Assembly: GCF_964194025.1 (NCBI RefSeq)
Contig: NC_134478.1
Location: 33,728,001 to 33,792,000, forward strand
Direction: 5' to 3'
DNA: 64,000 bases
Source: Convolutriloba macropyga
Lineage: Eukaryota
Both the position numbers and the translations under genes were made by a program. Shown in pieces: positions 13,407-24,863 of the stretch. The notes under the pieces are model-generated. The model ran no database searches. It saw nothing but the letters and a program-made list of their open reading frames with translations, and was not told where the DNA came from. Each line of letters opens with the position of its first letter. Positions within the stretch are counted from its first letter, which is position 1.

Positions 13407-15944
13407 AATAATAGTTCAATAAAAATAAGGAAACAGTAGCATCTGAAATCTGAAGGCAGCAAGGAACTTGAAACTTAACGTTTCAAAATTGAAGTCAATA
13501 ATAGTCCAATTTTTGATAGAATCTCAAGATATCATGCCACTGAGAAATAGCAAAGCCGGTTTCTCATTAACTGAAAAAACTCCAGCTAATCCTGTTAAAA
13601 AATATAGTTGATAACAAAAAATCAGTAAGAACTAGAAAATCGAGAGGGGACAAGAATTCCGATAGAAAAAAAATCGACAAAAATTTATAAAATCAATCCA
13701 AACAGAATTATTTTAACAGAAGGGGCCAAGGAAATATTTTGAAAAATAATTGTTGATCATAAAACTGGTAAGATACTAAGAACTCTAGAAAAAGTTTTAA
13801 AACTCACTAAAAATTTTATAAATCCACAAACTAAGACAAAAACAAGCTAAAATTGGTAAAATGTAAGCTATAAATGCTAATAAATGTGGATTCATTCAAA
13901 TTGTGCATATGAAACATGGAAAAAGCTTGCGGACTAAAAAATATAATTTGAGGCAAGGAAGTCCTAGCAAAACCAAACAATCTAAAATTCATCGAAAACC
14001 AACAAGATACCCAACACATTACAGACTAACGTCGGACGAAATGCTCTCAAACGAACAGTTGGCTTCAGTGGTAACCAGCTCTATTTGAGCTCTTCAGCCA
14101 TTTGATTCCCTCCGATCGCTACTTGTTTATCCCGTTTTTAAGGACAAAGTCAAATGGGTCAAACAAAAAATCTCAAAATAAAGACCGCAGGACTAATATA
14201 ATTGCTGCAAAAATCGTTTGAGAGCAACCCCTTAATACGATATACCCACCAAAGTTTAAACAATATTTGTTATAAAATGCCACGAGAGCAGAAGAATTTT
14301 TATTGAGCTTCTTTTTACAACATTAAAAATCTCTCCAGAATAAAGCAGTCTGAAAAAAAGACACCATATTTTTTCGACTATCAATTTTGTTCATTAAGAC
14401 ATCAAAATCAAACATTATTCACAAATGCATTGACTTTTACGTGTTCCACTTACGAATCAAGCAGGATCACAATTAACTACCCTCAATTTCGCTCTTATTT
14501 AAAAAAATCGATAACAACCAATACTGACTTTTGATTAACAAATTTATTATTGCGGTAACTGCCTGCTTCAGATTAAATATCGCGTAGTTTATCAAACGAA
14601 ACAGTGAGCTGAGAAAGCATTGATAACAATCATACGGTTTGTAATTTTTGAATACGTAAACACTCATTAACAGGAAATTGAAAGCACTGGCAAGAATTAG
14701 TCAGAAACGACAGCAAGAAGTGCTGGGGGAGTCTGGGGTAAAACTTTATCGCCATTCCCACTGAAATATAGTCTTCCTCGACAGTTTCAGTGAATCACAT
14801 ACTTACAGACCAGTAAAGCTCTGAGAGATACTCAGTGACTTAGATCGGTAGTACAAAAAATGGAATTAAAAAAACACGCATGACTGATATAACTGCTACA
14901 AACTTCGTTTGAGAGCAATTAACAATCACCGAGTTTTAAAAAAAGGCTTTAAAAGAATCAAACTAAAATAAACCCAGTTGACTTGCCATTGTAGTTGGAT
15001 CAGAAAACCTTCTATACCCGAGATGCTGAAAATAAGGTGAAACGGAAAATCAAGGAAAACAATGCAAAGAAACAAATAGCGCTAAATATTAGGCGTTGGA
15101 GATATCTCGGCTAACAAAAACTAGTGAGACGGAAGAGCGGTACAATCTCTAGAAAACATTTTCAAGAATTAAGCCAAAATTAATTGAAGTAATTCGGAGA
15201 TTTTTTGCAGCTGATTCAGCCGCTTCCAGATATAACCTATTAAATCATAATTCTGCGAAAAAAAAACAAAACCTCTTTGATCCATTTAAGCTAAGTAAAA
15301 TTAGTGGAAAAAATGTATTCAACTTTTTGTTGGGTGAGACAGTAAAGAACTAGTATGGCTAAAGAATTAGTATGGCTATAAGAATTTATAACATTCTAAA
15401 CCAAAGACAGCATTATTAAATAGGAAAATAAAAATTTATAGAGCATTGATTTTTTTTCGAAAACTGGAACACCGTAAAATTTCTTTACTTTTCACTACGA
15501 TTCATTTGATCCCGTCATATCATTTCACTCTATGATATTAAACCCCGCAAAGTTCTCAACCCAAAAACCGGAAACTTTTTACCAAAACCGTACCTATTCC
15601 TAATCACCTAAGAAAATTAAAAATTCAATTTAATTGTACCAATTTATAATTAAAATCGAGGATAAATGATAACCGGGTGACAAAAAATTGGGGTTAAATG
15701 ACAGGGCATTAAACAAGCGAGGGTGAAGCTGTGAGACTCCATGCACTTTACAGACTGAACACGCTCCAAATATAACAATCTTGGGTACTATTGCTTAGTA
15801 CAGTTTCGTTGGACTCTCGACGAACTGAACAAAATAACATGGCACTAATACGCTCAAAAATTTTCGATTGTAAAAACGAAAATGAAATCAATGATAAGTC
15901 TCGCTATTGCTACGCAGCTACTACAAAAAATTCGAGATACTTAC

Positions 15945-16164
15945 GCCCATAAACAACGCAGAACTCATTTTTGTTGGGATCCCAGCAAATATCATACATA
16001 GGTCCGGGTTTGTTCAACTCCACCACTCCAGAGGAACCATCAGTGGACACGTAGAAAAGCATGGTCTCGCCATAATACGCTTTTCCACTCTGATCCACCT
16101 CAGTCATACTCTTCACAATCAGAGCAGTACCATTACTGTTCCAGTGCAACGTTGCCTTGTCTGC
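15945..16164 (-). CDS. EIF2A: eIF2A coding exon 5 (ADKATLHWNSNGTALIV...EVDQSGKAYYGETML...GPMYDICWDPNKNEFCVVYG)
   Basis: Diagnostic eIF2A motifs (human ADKVTMLWN...DVDKTGASYYGEQTL...GPIYDVVW...EFCAVYG). Acceptor ctttag|GCA and donor C|GTAAGT; 220 nt. Confidence 0.96.
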
Positions 16165-16383
16165 CTAAAGCATTCTTAGATTTACAAAATTCTATCCACA
16201 AAAATTAACCCGCCGCTGTACAGATGAACAGCCGAGTAGAAAATCGTGGCTTAAATGCGAGGCATTGATTTTAATTTTACTTGACAATTTCCTCCAATCA
16301 AACATCCGATTCCCACTTCACACCAAGATATAATGTACCTTTTCACTTCGTCTAATTTGATGTAATAAAAGTTGTTTTGGTAC

Positions 16384-16578
16384 CTTGAAGAAACTTTTGG
16401 ACGATAGGGCAGCATATTGGTCCAGGTCAGGGTACCTCAGAATCTTGACCACACTTGGAGTGCCCTTTTTGGAGCCAGTGATATAGACTGCCACGTGATT
16501 GGGTGCAGTGGGAAACATCTGGACCAGCGCCAGGCCCGGAATGTGGAGCTTATGCTTGGGCTGTGTGAAATCCCCATC
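16384..16578 (-). CDS. EIF2A: eIF2A coding exon 4 (DGDFTQPKHKLHIPG...VAVYITGSKKGTPSVVKILRYP...LSSKSFFK)
   Basis: Matches human KLHLQK...VAVYVPGSKGAPSFVRLYQYP...LANKSFFK. Acceptor tttgtcag|GAT and donor AAG|GTACC; 195 nt. Confidence 0.95.
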
Positions 16579-17074
16579 CTGACAAAAATATTATGACTTA
16601 AAAATTTAACTGTCCAAAATTAAGACTTTCGCAAGTAGAACAATGAGATGTAAGCAATCGTTAAACATTGGTGAAAAAACACTCTAAGAACACCAACCAA
16701 CAGTATACTATCGATACTCGGCGGGAAGAACTCTCAGCCAATAGTCGACTGAGTTCACTATTTTTCATGCGTTTAAGGTATTTAACGTTTTACTTGCTAT
16801 GAACAACCGTAAGTAATTCTTAACTAGCAGACCCGCAAAAGCATCACCAGAAAATCATTTAAAAGAATAGGTTTAAAATTGAGATTTTTTCGTACCAGCT
16901 CGGGCTGTAAGCCATGACCCTCCTTCAACAGCCAGAGGTATTGCGTTACGTTACCGATGTGTTTGGTTTAGTATATTACCCCAAGTAACACCAATTTTTT
17001 GATCGAAGACTTAATTGGCTTTGCTATCTTGCATATTCAAGTACCGCTAAGATTTGTACAGATAACGAACTTCT

Positions 17075-20000
17075 ACAGTGAGAAAAGAGAGTAAGAAAAG
17101 AAAGTGAGAAAAGAAAGTCAGACAGGAAAGTGAGAAAAGAAAGTGAGAAAAAAAGTGAGAAAAGAAAGTGAGAAAAGAAAGTGAGAAGTTGAAAACAGAA
17201 AGTGAGAAAAGAAAGTGAGAAAAGAAAGTGAGAAAAGCACAAGAGAAAAAGAAGTCAGAGAAGAAAGTTAGAAGAAAGTGAGAAAAGAAAGTGAGAAAAG
17301 AAAATGATAAAAGAAAGTGAGAAAAGAAAGTGAGAATAGAAATTGAGAAACGAAAGTGAGAAAAAAATGAGAAAAGAAAGTGAGAAAAGAAAAAGAAAAA
17401 AGAAAGTGAAAGAAGAAAGTGAGAAAAGAAAGTGAAAAGAAAGTGAGAAAAGAAAGTGAAAAGAAAGTTAGAAAAGAAAGTGAGAAGAGAAAGTGGGAAA
17501 AGAAAGTGAGATAAGAAAGTAAAAGAAAGTGAGAAAAGAAAAAAAGAAAAGAAAGTGAGAAAAGAAAAAGAGAAAAAAAAAGTGAGAAAAGAAAGCGAGT
17601 AAGAAAGTGAGAAAAGAAAGTGAGAAAAGAAAGTGAGAAAAGAAAGTGAGAAAAGAAAAGGAGAAAAGAAGGTGAGAAAAGAAAGTAAGAAAAGAAAGTG
17701 AGAAAAGAAAGCGAGAAAAGAAAGTGAGAGAAGAAAGTGAGAGAAGAAAGTGAGAGAAGAAAGTGAGAGAAGAAAGTGAGAAAAGAAAGTGAGAAAAGAA
17801 AGTGAGAAAAGAAAGTGAGAAAAGAAAGTTAGAAAAGAAAGCGAGAATAGAAAGTGAGAAAAGAAATTGAGAAAAAGTGAGATAAGAAAGTGTGAAAAGA
17901 AATTCAGAAAAGAAAGTGAGAAAAGAAAGTAAGAAAAGAAAGTGAGAAAAGAAAGTGAGAAAACAAAATAAAAGGAAGTGGGAAAACAAATTGAGAAAAG
18001 AAAATGAAAAAAGAAAGGACGGAAAAGTGAGAAGACAAAGTGAGAATAGAAAGTCAGAAAAAGTGAAAAAAAGGAAGGAAAAGTGAGAAGACAAAGTGAG
18101 AAAAGAAAGTCAGAAAATACAGTGAGAAAAGAATGTGAGAAAAGAAAGTGAGAATAGAAAGTCAGAAAAGAAAGTGAAAAAAGAAAGGAAGGAAAAGTGA
18201 GAAGACAAAGTGAGAAAAGAAAGTGAGAAAAGAAAGTGAAAAAAGACAGTGAGAAAAGAAAGTGAGAAAAGAAAATGAGAAAAGAAAGTGAGAAAAGAAA
18301 TTGAGAAAAGAAAGTGAAAACGAAAGGAAGGAAAAGTGAGAAAACAAAGTGAGAAAAGAAAGTGAAAAAAGAAAGTCAGAAAAGAAAGTGAGAAAAGAAA
18401 GTGAGAAAACAAAGTGAGAAAAGAAAGTGAGAAAAGAAAGTGAGAAAAGAACGAGAGAAAAGACAGTGAGAGAAGAAAGTGAGCGAAGAAAGTGAGAGAA
18501 GAAAGTGAGAAAAGAAAGTGAGAAAAGAAAGTGAGAAAAGAAAGTTAGAAAAGAAAGCGAGAATAGAAAGTGAGAAAAGAAATTGAGAAACAAAAGTGAG
18601 ATAAGAAAGTGTGAAAAGAAATTCAGAAAAGAAAGTGAGAAAAGAAAGTAAGACAGGAAAGTGAGAAAAGAACGTGAGAAAAGTGAGAAAAGAAAGTGAG
18701 AAAAGTGAGAAAAGAAAGTGAGAAGTTGAAAACAGAAAGAGAAAAGAAAGTGAGAAAAGCACAAGAGAAAAAGAAGTCAGAGAAGAAAGTTAGAAGAAAG
18801 TGAGAAAAGAAAATGATAAAAGAAAGTGAGAAAAGAAAGTGAGAATAGAAATTGAGAAACGAAAGTGAAAAAAAAATGAGAAAAGAAAGTGAGAAAAGAA
18901 AAAGAAAAAAGAAAGTGAAAGAAGAAATTGAGAAAAGAAAGTGAAAAGAAAGTGAGAAAAGAAAGTGAAAAGAAAGTTAGAAAAGAAAGTGAGAAGAGAA
19001 AGTGGGAAAAGAAAGTGAGATAAGAAAGTAAAAGAAAGTGAGAAAAGAAAAAAGAAAAGAAAGTGAGAAAAGAAAGTGAGAAAAGAAAGTTAGAAAAGAA
19101 AGCGAGAATAGAAAGTGAGAAAAGAAATTGAGAAAAAGTGAGATAAGAAAGTGTGAAAAGAAATTCAGAAAAGAAAGTGAGAAAAGAAAGTGAGAAAAGA
19201 AAGTGAGAAAAGAAAGTGAGAAAAGAAAGTGAGAAAACAAAATAAAAGGAAGTGGGAAAACAAATTGAGAAAAGAAAATGAAAAAAGAAAGGACGGAAAA
19301 GTGAGAAGACAAAGTGAGAATAGAAAGTCAGAAAAAGTGAAAAAAGAAGGGAAGGAAAAGTGAGAAGACAAAGTGAGAAAAGAAAGTCAGAAAATACAGT
19401 GAGAAAAGAATGTGAGAAAAGAAAGTGAGAATAGAAGTCAGAAAAGAAAGTGAAAAAAGAAAGGAAGGAAAAGTGAGAAGACAAAGTGAGAAAAGAAAGT
19501 GAGAAATGAAAGTGAAAAAAGACAGTGAGAAAAGAAAGTGAGAAAAGAAAATGAGAAAAGAAAGTGAGAAAAGAAATTGAGAAAAGAAAGTGAAAACGAA
19601 AGGAAGGAAAAGTGAGAAAACAAAGTAAGAAAAGAAAGTGAAAAAAGAAAGTGAGAAAAGAAAGTGAGAAAAGAAAGTGAGAAAACAAAGTGAGAAAAGA
19701 AAGTGAGAAAAGAAAGTGAGAAAAGAACGAGAGAAAAGACAGTGAGAGAAGAAAGTGAGCGAAGAAAGTGAGAGAAGAAAGTGAGAAAAGAAAGTGAGAA
19801 AAGAAAGTGAGAAAAGAAAGTTAGAAAAGAAAGCGAGAATAGAAAGTGAGAAAAGAAATTGAGAAACAAAAGTGAGATAAGAAAGTGTGAAAAGAAATTC
19901 AGAAAAGAAAGTGAGAAAAGAAAGTGAGAAAAGAAAGTAAGACAGGAAAGTGAGAAAAGAACGTGAGAAAAGTGAGAAAAGAAAGTGAGAAAAAAAGTGA

Positions 20001-22049
20001 GAAAAAAAGTGAGAAAAGAAAGTGAGAAGTTGAAAACAGAAAGAGAAAAGAAAGTGAGAAAAGAAAGTGAGAAAAGCACAAGAGAAAAAGAAGTCAGAGA
20101 AGAAAGTTAGAAGAAAGTGAGAAAAGAAAATGATAAAAGAAAGTGAGAAAAGAAAGTGAGAATAGAAATTGAGAAACGAAAGTGAGAAAAAAAATGAGAA
20201 AAGAAAGTGAGAAAAGAAAAAGAAAAAAGAAAGAGAAAGAAGAAAGTGAGAAAAGAAAGTGAAAAGAAAGTGAGAAAAGAAAGTGAAAAGAAAGTTAGAA
20301 AAGAAAGTGAGAAGAGAAAGTGGGAAAAGAAAGTGAGATAAGAAAGTAAAAGAAAGTGAGAAAAGAAAAAAGAAAAGAAAGTGAGAAAAGAAAAAGAGAA
20401 AAAAAGTGAGAAAAGAAAATGAGTAAGAAAGTGAGAAAAGAAAGTGAGAAAAGAAAGTGAGAAAAGAAAGTGAGAAAAGAAAAGGAGAAAAGAAGGTGAG
20501 AAAAGAAAGTAAGAAAAGAAAGTGAGAAAATAAAGCGAGAAAAGAAAGTGAGAGAAGAAAGTGAGAGAAGAAAGTGAGAAAAGAAAGTGAGAAAAGAAAG
20601 TGAGAAAAGAAAGTTAGAAAAGAAAGCGAGAATAGAAAGTGAGAAAAGAAATTGAGAAAAAGTGAGATAAGAAAGTGTGAAAAGAAATTCAGAAAAGAAA
20701 GTGAGAAAAGAAAGTGAGAAAAGAAAGTGAGAAAAGAAAGTGAGAAAACAAAATAAAAGGAAGTGGGAAAACAAATTGAGAAAAGAAAGTGAAAAAAGAA
20801 AGGACGGATAAGTGAGAAGACAAAGTGAGAATAGAAAGTCAGAAAAAGTGAAAAAAGAAAGGATGGAAAAGTGAGAAGACAAAGTGAGAAACGAAAGTCA
20901 GAAAATAAAGTGAGAAAAGAATGTGAGAAAAGAAAGTGAGAATAGAAAGTCAGAAAAGAAAGTGAAAAAAGAAAGGAAGGAAAAGTGAGAAGACAAAGTG
21001 AGAAAAGAAAGTGAGAAAAGAAAGTGAAAAAAGACAGTGAGAAAAGAAAGTGAGAAAAGAAAGTGAGAAAAGAAAGTGAGAAAAGAAATTGAGAAAAGAA
21101 AGTGAAAAACGAAAGGAAGGAAAAGTGAGAAAACAAAGTGAGAAAAGAAAGTGAGAAAAGAAAGTGAAAAAAGACAGTGAGAAAAGAAAGTGACAAAAGA
21201 AAGTGAAAAAAGAAAGTGAGAAAAGAAAGTGAGAAAAGAAAGTGAGAAAACAAAGTGAGAAAAGAAAGTGAGAAAAGAAAGTGAGAAAAGAACGAGAGAA
21301 AAGACAGTGAGAGAAGAAAGTGAGCGAACAAAGTGAGAGAAGAAAGTGAGAAAAGAAAGTGAGAAAAGAAAGTGAGAAAAGAAAGTGAGAAAAGAAAGTG
21401 AGAAAAGAAAGTTAGAAAAGAAAGCGAGAATAGAAAGTGAGAAAAGAAATTGAGAAACAAAAGTGAGATAAGAAAGTGTGAAAAGAAATTCAGAAAAGAA
21501 AGTGAGAAAAGAAAGTGAGAAAAGAAAGTGAGAAAAGAAAGTGAGAAAAGAAAGTAAAATGAAGTGGGAAAACAAATTGGGAAAAGAAAGTGAAAAAAGA
21601 AAGGAAGGAAAAGTGAGAAGACAAAGTGAGAATAGAAAGTCAGAAAATAAAGTGAAAAAAGAAAGGAAGGAAAAGTGAGAAGACAAAGTGAGAAAAGAAA
21701 GTGAGAAAATAAAGTGAGAAAAGAAAGTGAGAAAAGAAAGTGAGAATAGAAAGTCAGAAAAGAAAGTGAAAAAAGAAAGGAAGGAAAAGTGAGAAGACAA
21801 AGTGAGAAAAGAAAGTGAGAAAAGAAAGTGAAAAAAGAAAGTGAAAAAAGAAAGTGAGAAAAGAAAGTGAGAAAAGAAAGTGAGAAAAGAAAGTGAGAAA
21901 AGAAATTGAGAAAAGAAAGTGAAAAAAGAAAGGAAGGAAAAGTGAGAAGACAAAGTGAGAAAAGAAAGTGAAAAAAGAAAGTGAGAAAAGAAAGCGAGAA
22001 AACAAAGTGAGAAAAGAAAGTGAAAAAAAGGAAGTGAGAAAAAAAGTGA
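17075..22049. repeat. ~5-kb satellite, 13-bp unit AAAGTGAGAAAAG (TTTTCTCACTTTC on the gene's sense strand), with higher-order blocks of ~1.3-1.5 kb
   Basis: Read directly. The variant marker 'aaagcacaagagaaaaagaagtcagag' recurs at ~17234, ~18756 and ~20073. Confidence 0.98.
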
Positions 22050-22125
22050 GGGTACCCCACACGGATTTGAACCCTCGCCCCTCAGAATAGCAGTCCTCCA
22101 TCTTACCACCTGCACTATAACGACT
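22050..22125 (-). pseudogene. tRNA-derived Pol III cassette (A box TAGTGCAGGTGG, B box GGTTCAAATCC) followed by T6 and the satellite
   Basis: Minus strand reads GTCGTTATAGTGCAGGTGGTAAG...GAGGGTTCAAATCCGTGTGGGGTACCCTCACTTTTTT. Stems do not pair as a functional cloverleaf. Confidence 0.7.
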
Positions 22126-22336
22126 ACAAGCCACCATTTCTCACAATTGCTTATATCGTATCAATAACATATTTCAGATTGAGAGCATTTGAGATCACAC
22201 AAAATCAAAAAGTAAAGCGTGAAAAACTTAGTTGAAATCTAAGAGTGTTCTAGAATAGCGCAGAATCCGTAAAGCTAAAACTTTGCAGAAAAACACACGT
22301 TTACAATAAGAACTTCAAACTTAGTTCGGGACCATT

Positions 22337-22612
22337 CAAGAAACACGTAGTACCCAGGACAGTAAATCCTCCCTCTGGGCGAGCAAACTTTTAAGCCCAC
22401 TTAGCCTCGTGGTAACTGCACCTGACTAACAGTCTTTTGTCCCGGGTTCGATTCTCACCCATCTACTTTGAGCCTTTTAGGTCATTGACCTCTCTCGATA
22501 TGTCCGCTTAAACATGCTGCTCAATGCGGCTCTTAAACATGCGCTTCGAGAGGCCCCTTAAACATGCAAAAATTTTGTCCCACTTTAGAGCTCACGCGTT
22601 TAATATATAGGA
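22337..22612. mobile_element. Short element containing a + strand tRNA-derived head (22396-22460) and three CTTAAACATGC repeats; SINE or Helitron-like non-autonomous element
   Basis: A box TAGCCTCGTGG and B box GGTTCGATTCT. On the minus strand the ends read TCCTATATATTAAA... and ...CCCAG/CTGGG hairpin...CTTG, loosely Helitron-like. Confidence 0.5.
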
Positions 22613-22884
22613 TTCGAAATTCTTAATTCATTGCCTTAGTAAAAATCAGCTGTTATGCAAGCAATTAAATGGTTTGAAAAATTCAGCTGGTATAAACGCT
22701 CATCAGCTTAATATCTTAAGTCCTTTACATGATCTTTGATTATGATTTCGTTCATATTTCCTCTAATGCTCTCTTATTAACTTGATTACCCGAACTTGAC
22801 TTCGATTATCTTTCTGTGTAATTTTCACTGACTGAGGCGCCTCAGTCCAAGACGTGTCTATTTGTTATTGGGTGTGAATCTGAC

Positions 22885-23042
22885 CTGATAGAAGACTGCG
22901 TGTTCCTTGTAGAATCGGCAGCAGATCCTCTCGTCCTGTGAAAACTGTGGCTGCCAGTTAGCTGAGGTGCCTTGTGTGAAAGTGGCCACTACCCTTTGAG
23001 ACAGGAAAGAGTAAATGCAGATGTTGTCTTTGTTCCCATTTG
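22885..23042 (-). CDS. EIF2A: eIF2A coding exon 3 (ANGNKDNICIYSFLSQRVVATFTQGTSANWQPQFSQDERICCRFYKEHAVFYQ)
   Basis: Matches human NLQLYD...QNWCPSWSEDETLCAR. Acceptor tttcag|CA and donor CAG|GTCAGA; 158 nt, phases 1 to 0. Confidence 0.92.
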
Positions 23043-23329
23043 CTGAAACCACTCAATATTATTACAACTTTTCTCCGCTTATCTTAGAGATAACTAAAAA
23101 ATTGACACAATCTTTGCAGCGCGCAGATTATCACGTTGCAAGCATTTTGCCATCGGAATGGATAAAAAGTAGTCCTTAAAAATAAACGAAGTTTAACCCG
23201 CGAAAAGAAAACCATAACTATAAGGTTATAAATATACGATTTTCCGTTCTAAGCCTTGTTTTGAGTAATGATTTGTCTCACCCAGTAACACGCTCACATG
23301 GATGGCGACAAAATTGTTGGTTGGCTCAC

Positions 23330-23535
23330 CATTACTAAATGGCTCGAAAGTACAAATGTAGGTATTTCTGGGTGAGAACTGGATGCTGGTGACTCTGGCC
23401 CTGTTGACTTGGAAGAGAGGGGCAAAGTTATTGTTCACATTCATCACCACTAGGTACTCTGAGTTGCACCAGGCCAGGTATTTCCCCTCCCCACTCCAAG
23501 CGAACACTTGATTTGTGTTCTTCTGTTGCAGAGTG
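23330..23535 (-). CDS. EIF2A: eIF2A coding exon 2 (STLQQKNTNQVFAWSGEGKYLAWCN...IQFSPRNTYICTFEPFSN)
   Basis: Matches human FSKDGTLFAW...LEFSPKNTVLATWQPY. Acceptor ttttgcag|C and donor G|GTGAGC; 206 nt, phases 2 to 1 consistent. Confidence 0.92.
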
Positions 23536-24863
23536 CTGCAAAAGCAAGTGAACATAACACAAAGTTTACAGCATCTCATGCAAAAGAACAAGAGCATATC
23601 TCTTCCTAACCCCCCACCCACGCTTCGAAGGAACAAAACTTTTAACCCGATAATGAGGGATATATGGTGGAGGTGGGTGGGGGGGGGGGGGGGACGATAT
23701 GCACAACAGGGCGTGCAACATTTTAGTTGGAGGGTTTTGAATTTCGTTTTTTTCTCGAAGAGTTATCCTGGTTTTAGGTTTCTGAAACATTATTTTTCTA
23801 TTTTTTTTTTAAAAAACGTCTAATGATTTTCTGCTTATTTTTGGCAAAAAAGTAAGCTGAAATTAGCTACTAATTAGCTACTGTTTTTGCTAGCCTATTT
23901 GTATCACAGGGTTATTACAGGCTTTTTGAATTACCGCCAAACTTTGTCAGGAAAGCAAAGAAACATTGGTCTTCTTGAATACTATTGTCAATGCACAAAA
24001 TCAATGTCCCTAGGTTTTTAGTCTTACTTCATTAGTTTTTGTCTATTTTATTTTTGTATTCCTTTTACCGTTTTCGGCAAAATTTGGAAATTTTTGTCAG
24101 AGTTTGTATCAAGTTTCTATCAAGAAAGAGACTTTTTCTTGCCTTACAAAGAGACTTACATTAACCATTATTTTTAATCGTCTGTAACAACTGTAAACTT
24201 CAAGGTAATCATGAAACAAGATTTTTTGAAAAAATTCGCTCCAAACTTTACAATTTTCTTCAAAAACCTTTGTCCAATCAACGAATACCGTAATAGAGTA
24301 GATTTTTGTTTGAACTGTAGCTAAGTCTAGAAAATTTTGCTAATTCTTCCAATTCAAATTATTTTCTCAATCAATATTCCAAAATTTCTCATTTCATCTG
24401 TTTGTTCTGCAAAATCTTTTCTGTAACCATCTCCTCTATCCTTTGCCACAATAGAAAAATCCAATGGCAGTAAATGTTGGTTTCTTAAACACACTTCTAT
24501 TAATGTATTTGCATAATAACTACTTTTTAGTTACATTTTTTAAACTACTTTTTAAAGTTCTTAGTCATTGAATCAGTGAATATCAGAGGAAAACAACAAG
24601 TTAAAATTGCTTAAAAACGAATGAAATCGAAAAACAATTTCTATCGACTGAAAACAGTGATTAACTTCTTTCACGCCTCCATGGAAAGCCAGCTGCACCT
24701 GTCAATAATGAAACTTATTGGAGAGGACAACAAAAAGAACAGATACAGCCAAACTTCAAAAATTCAGATTTTTATAAAAAACGAGAAGAGTTGAAAACAA
24801 TAAAAGCGCTAAAAACACAAACTAAACAAAACAGTTGCAAAAGATCATTGCTAGCATATCCAA

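Noticed and set aside
17024-22137. Long Phe/Ser/Leu/His-rich ORFs (up to 910 aa) on the minus strand
   Set aside because: They are translations of the 13-bp satellite, which is nearly stop-free on that strand. They occur in all frames and have no domain content.
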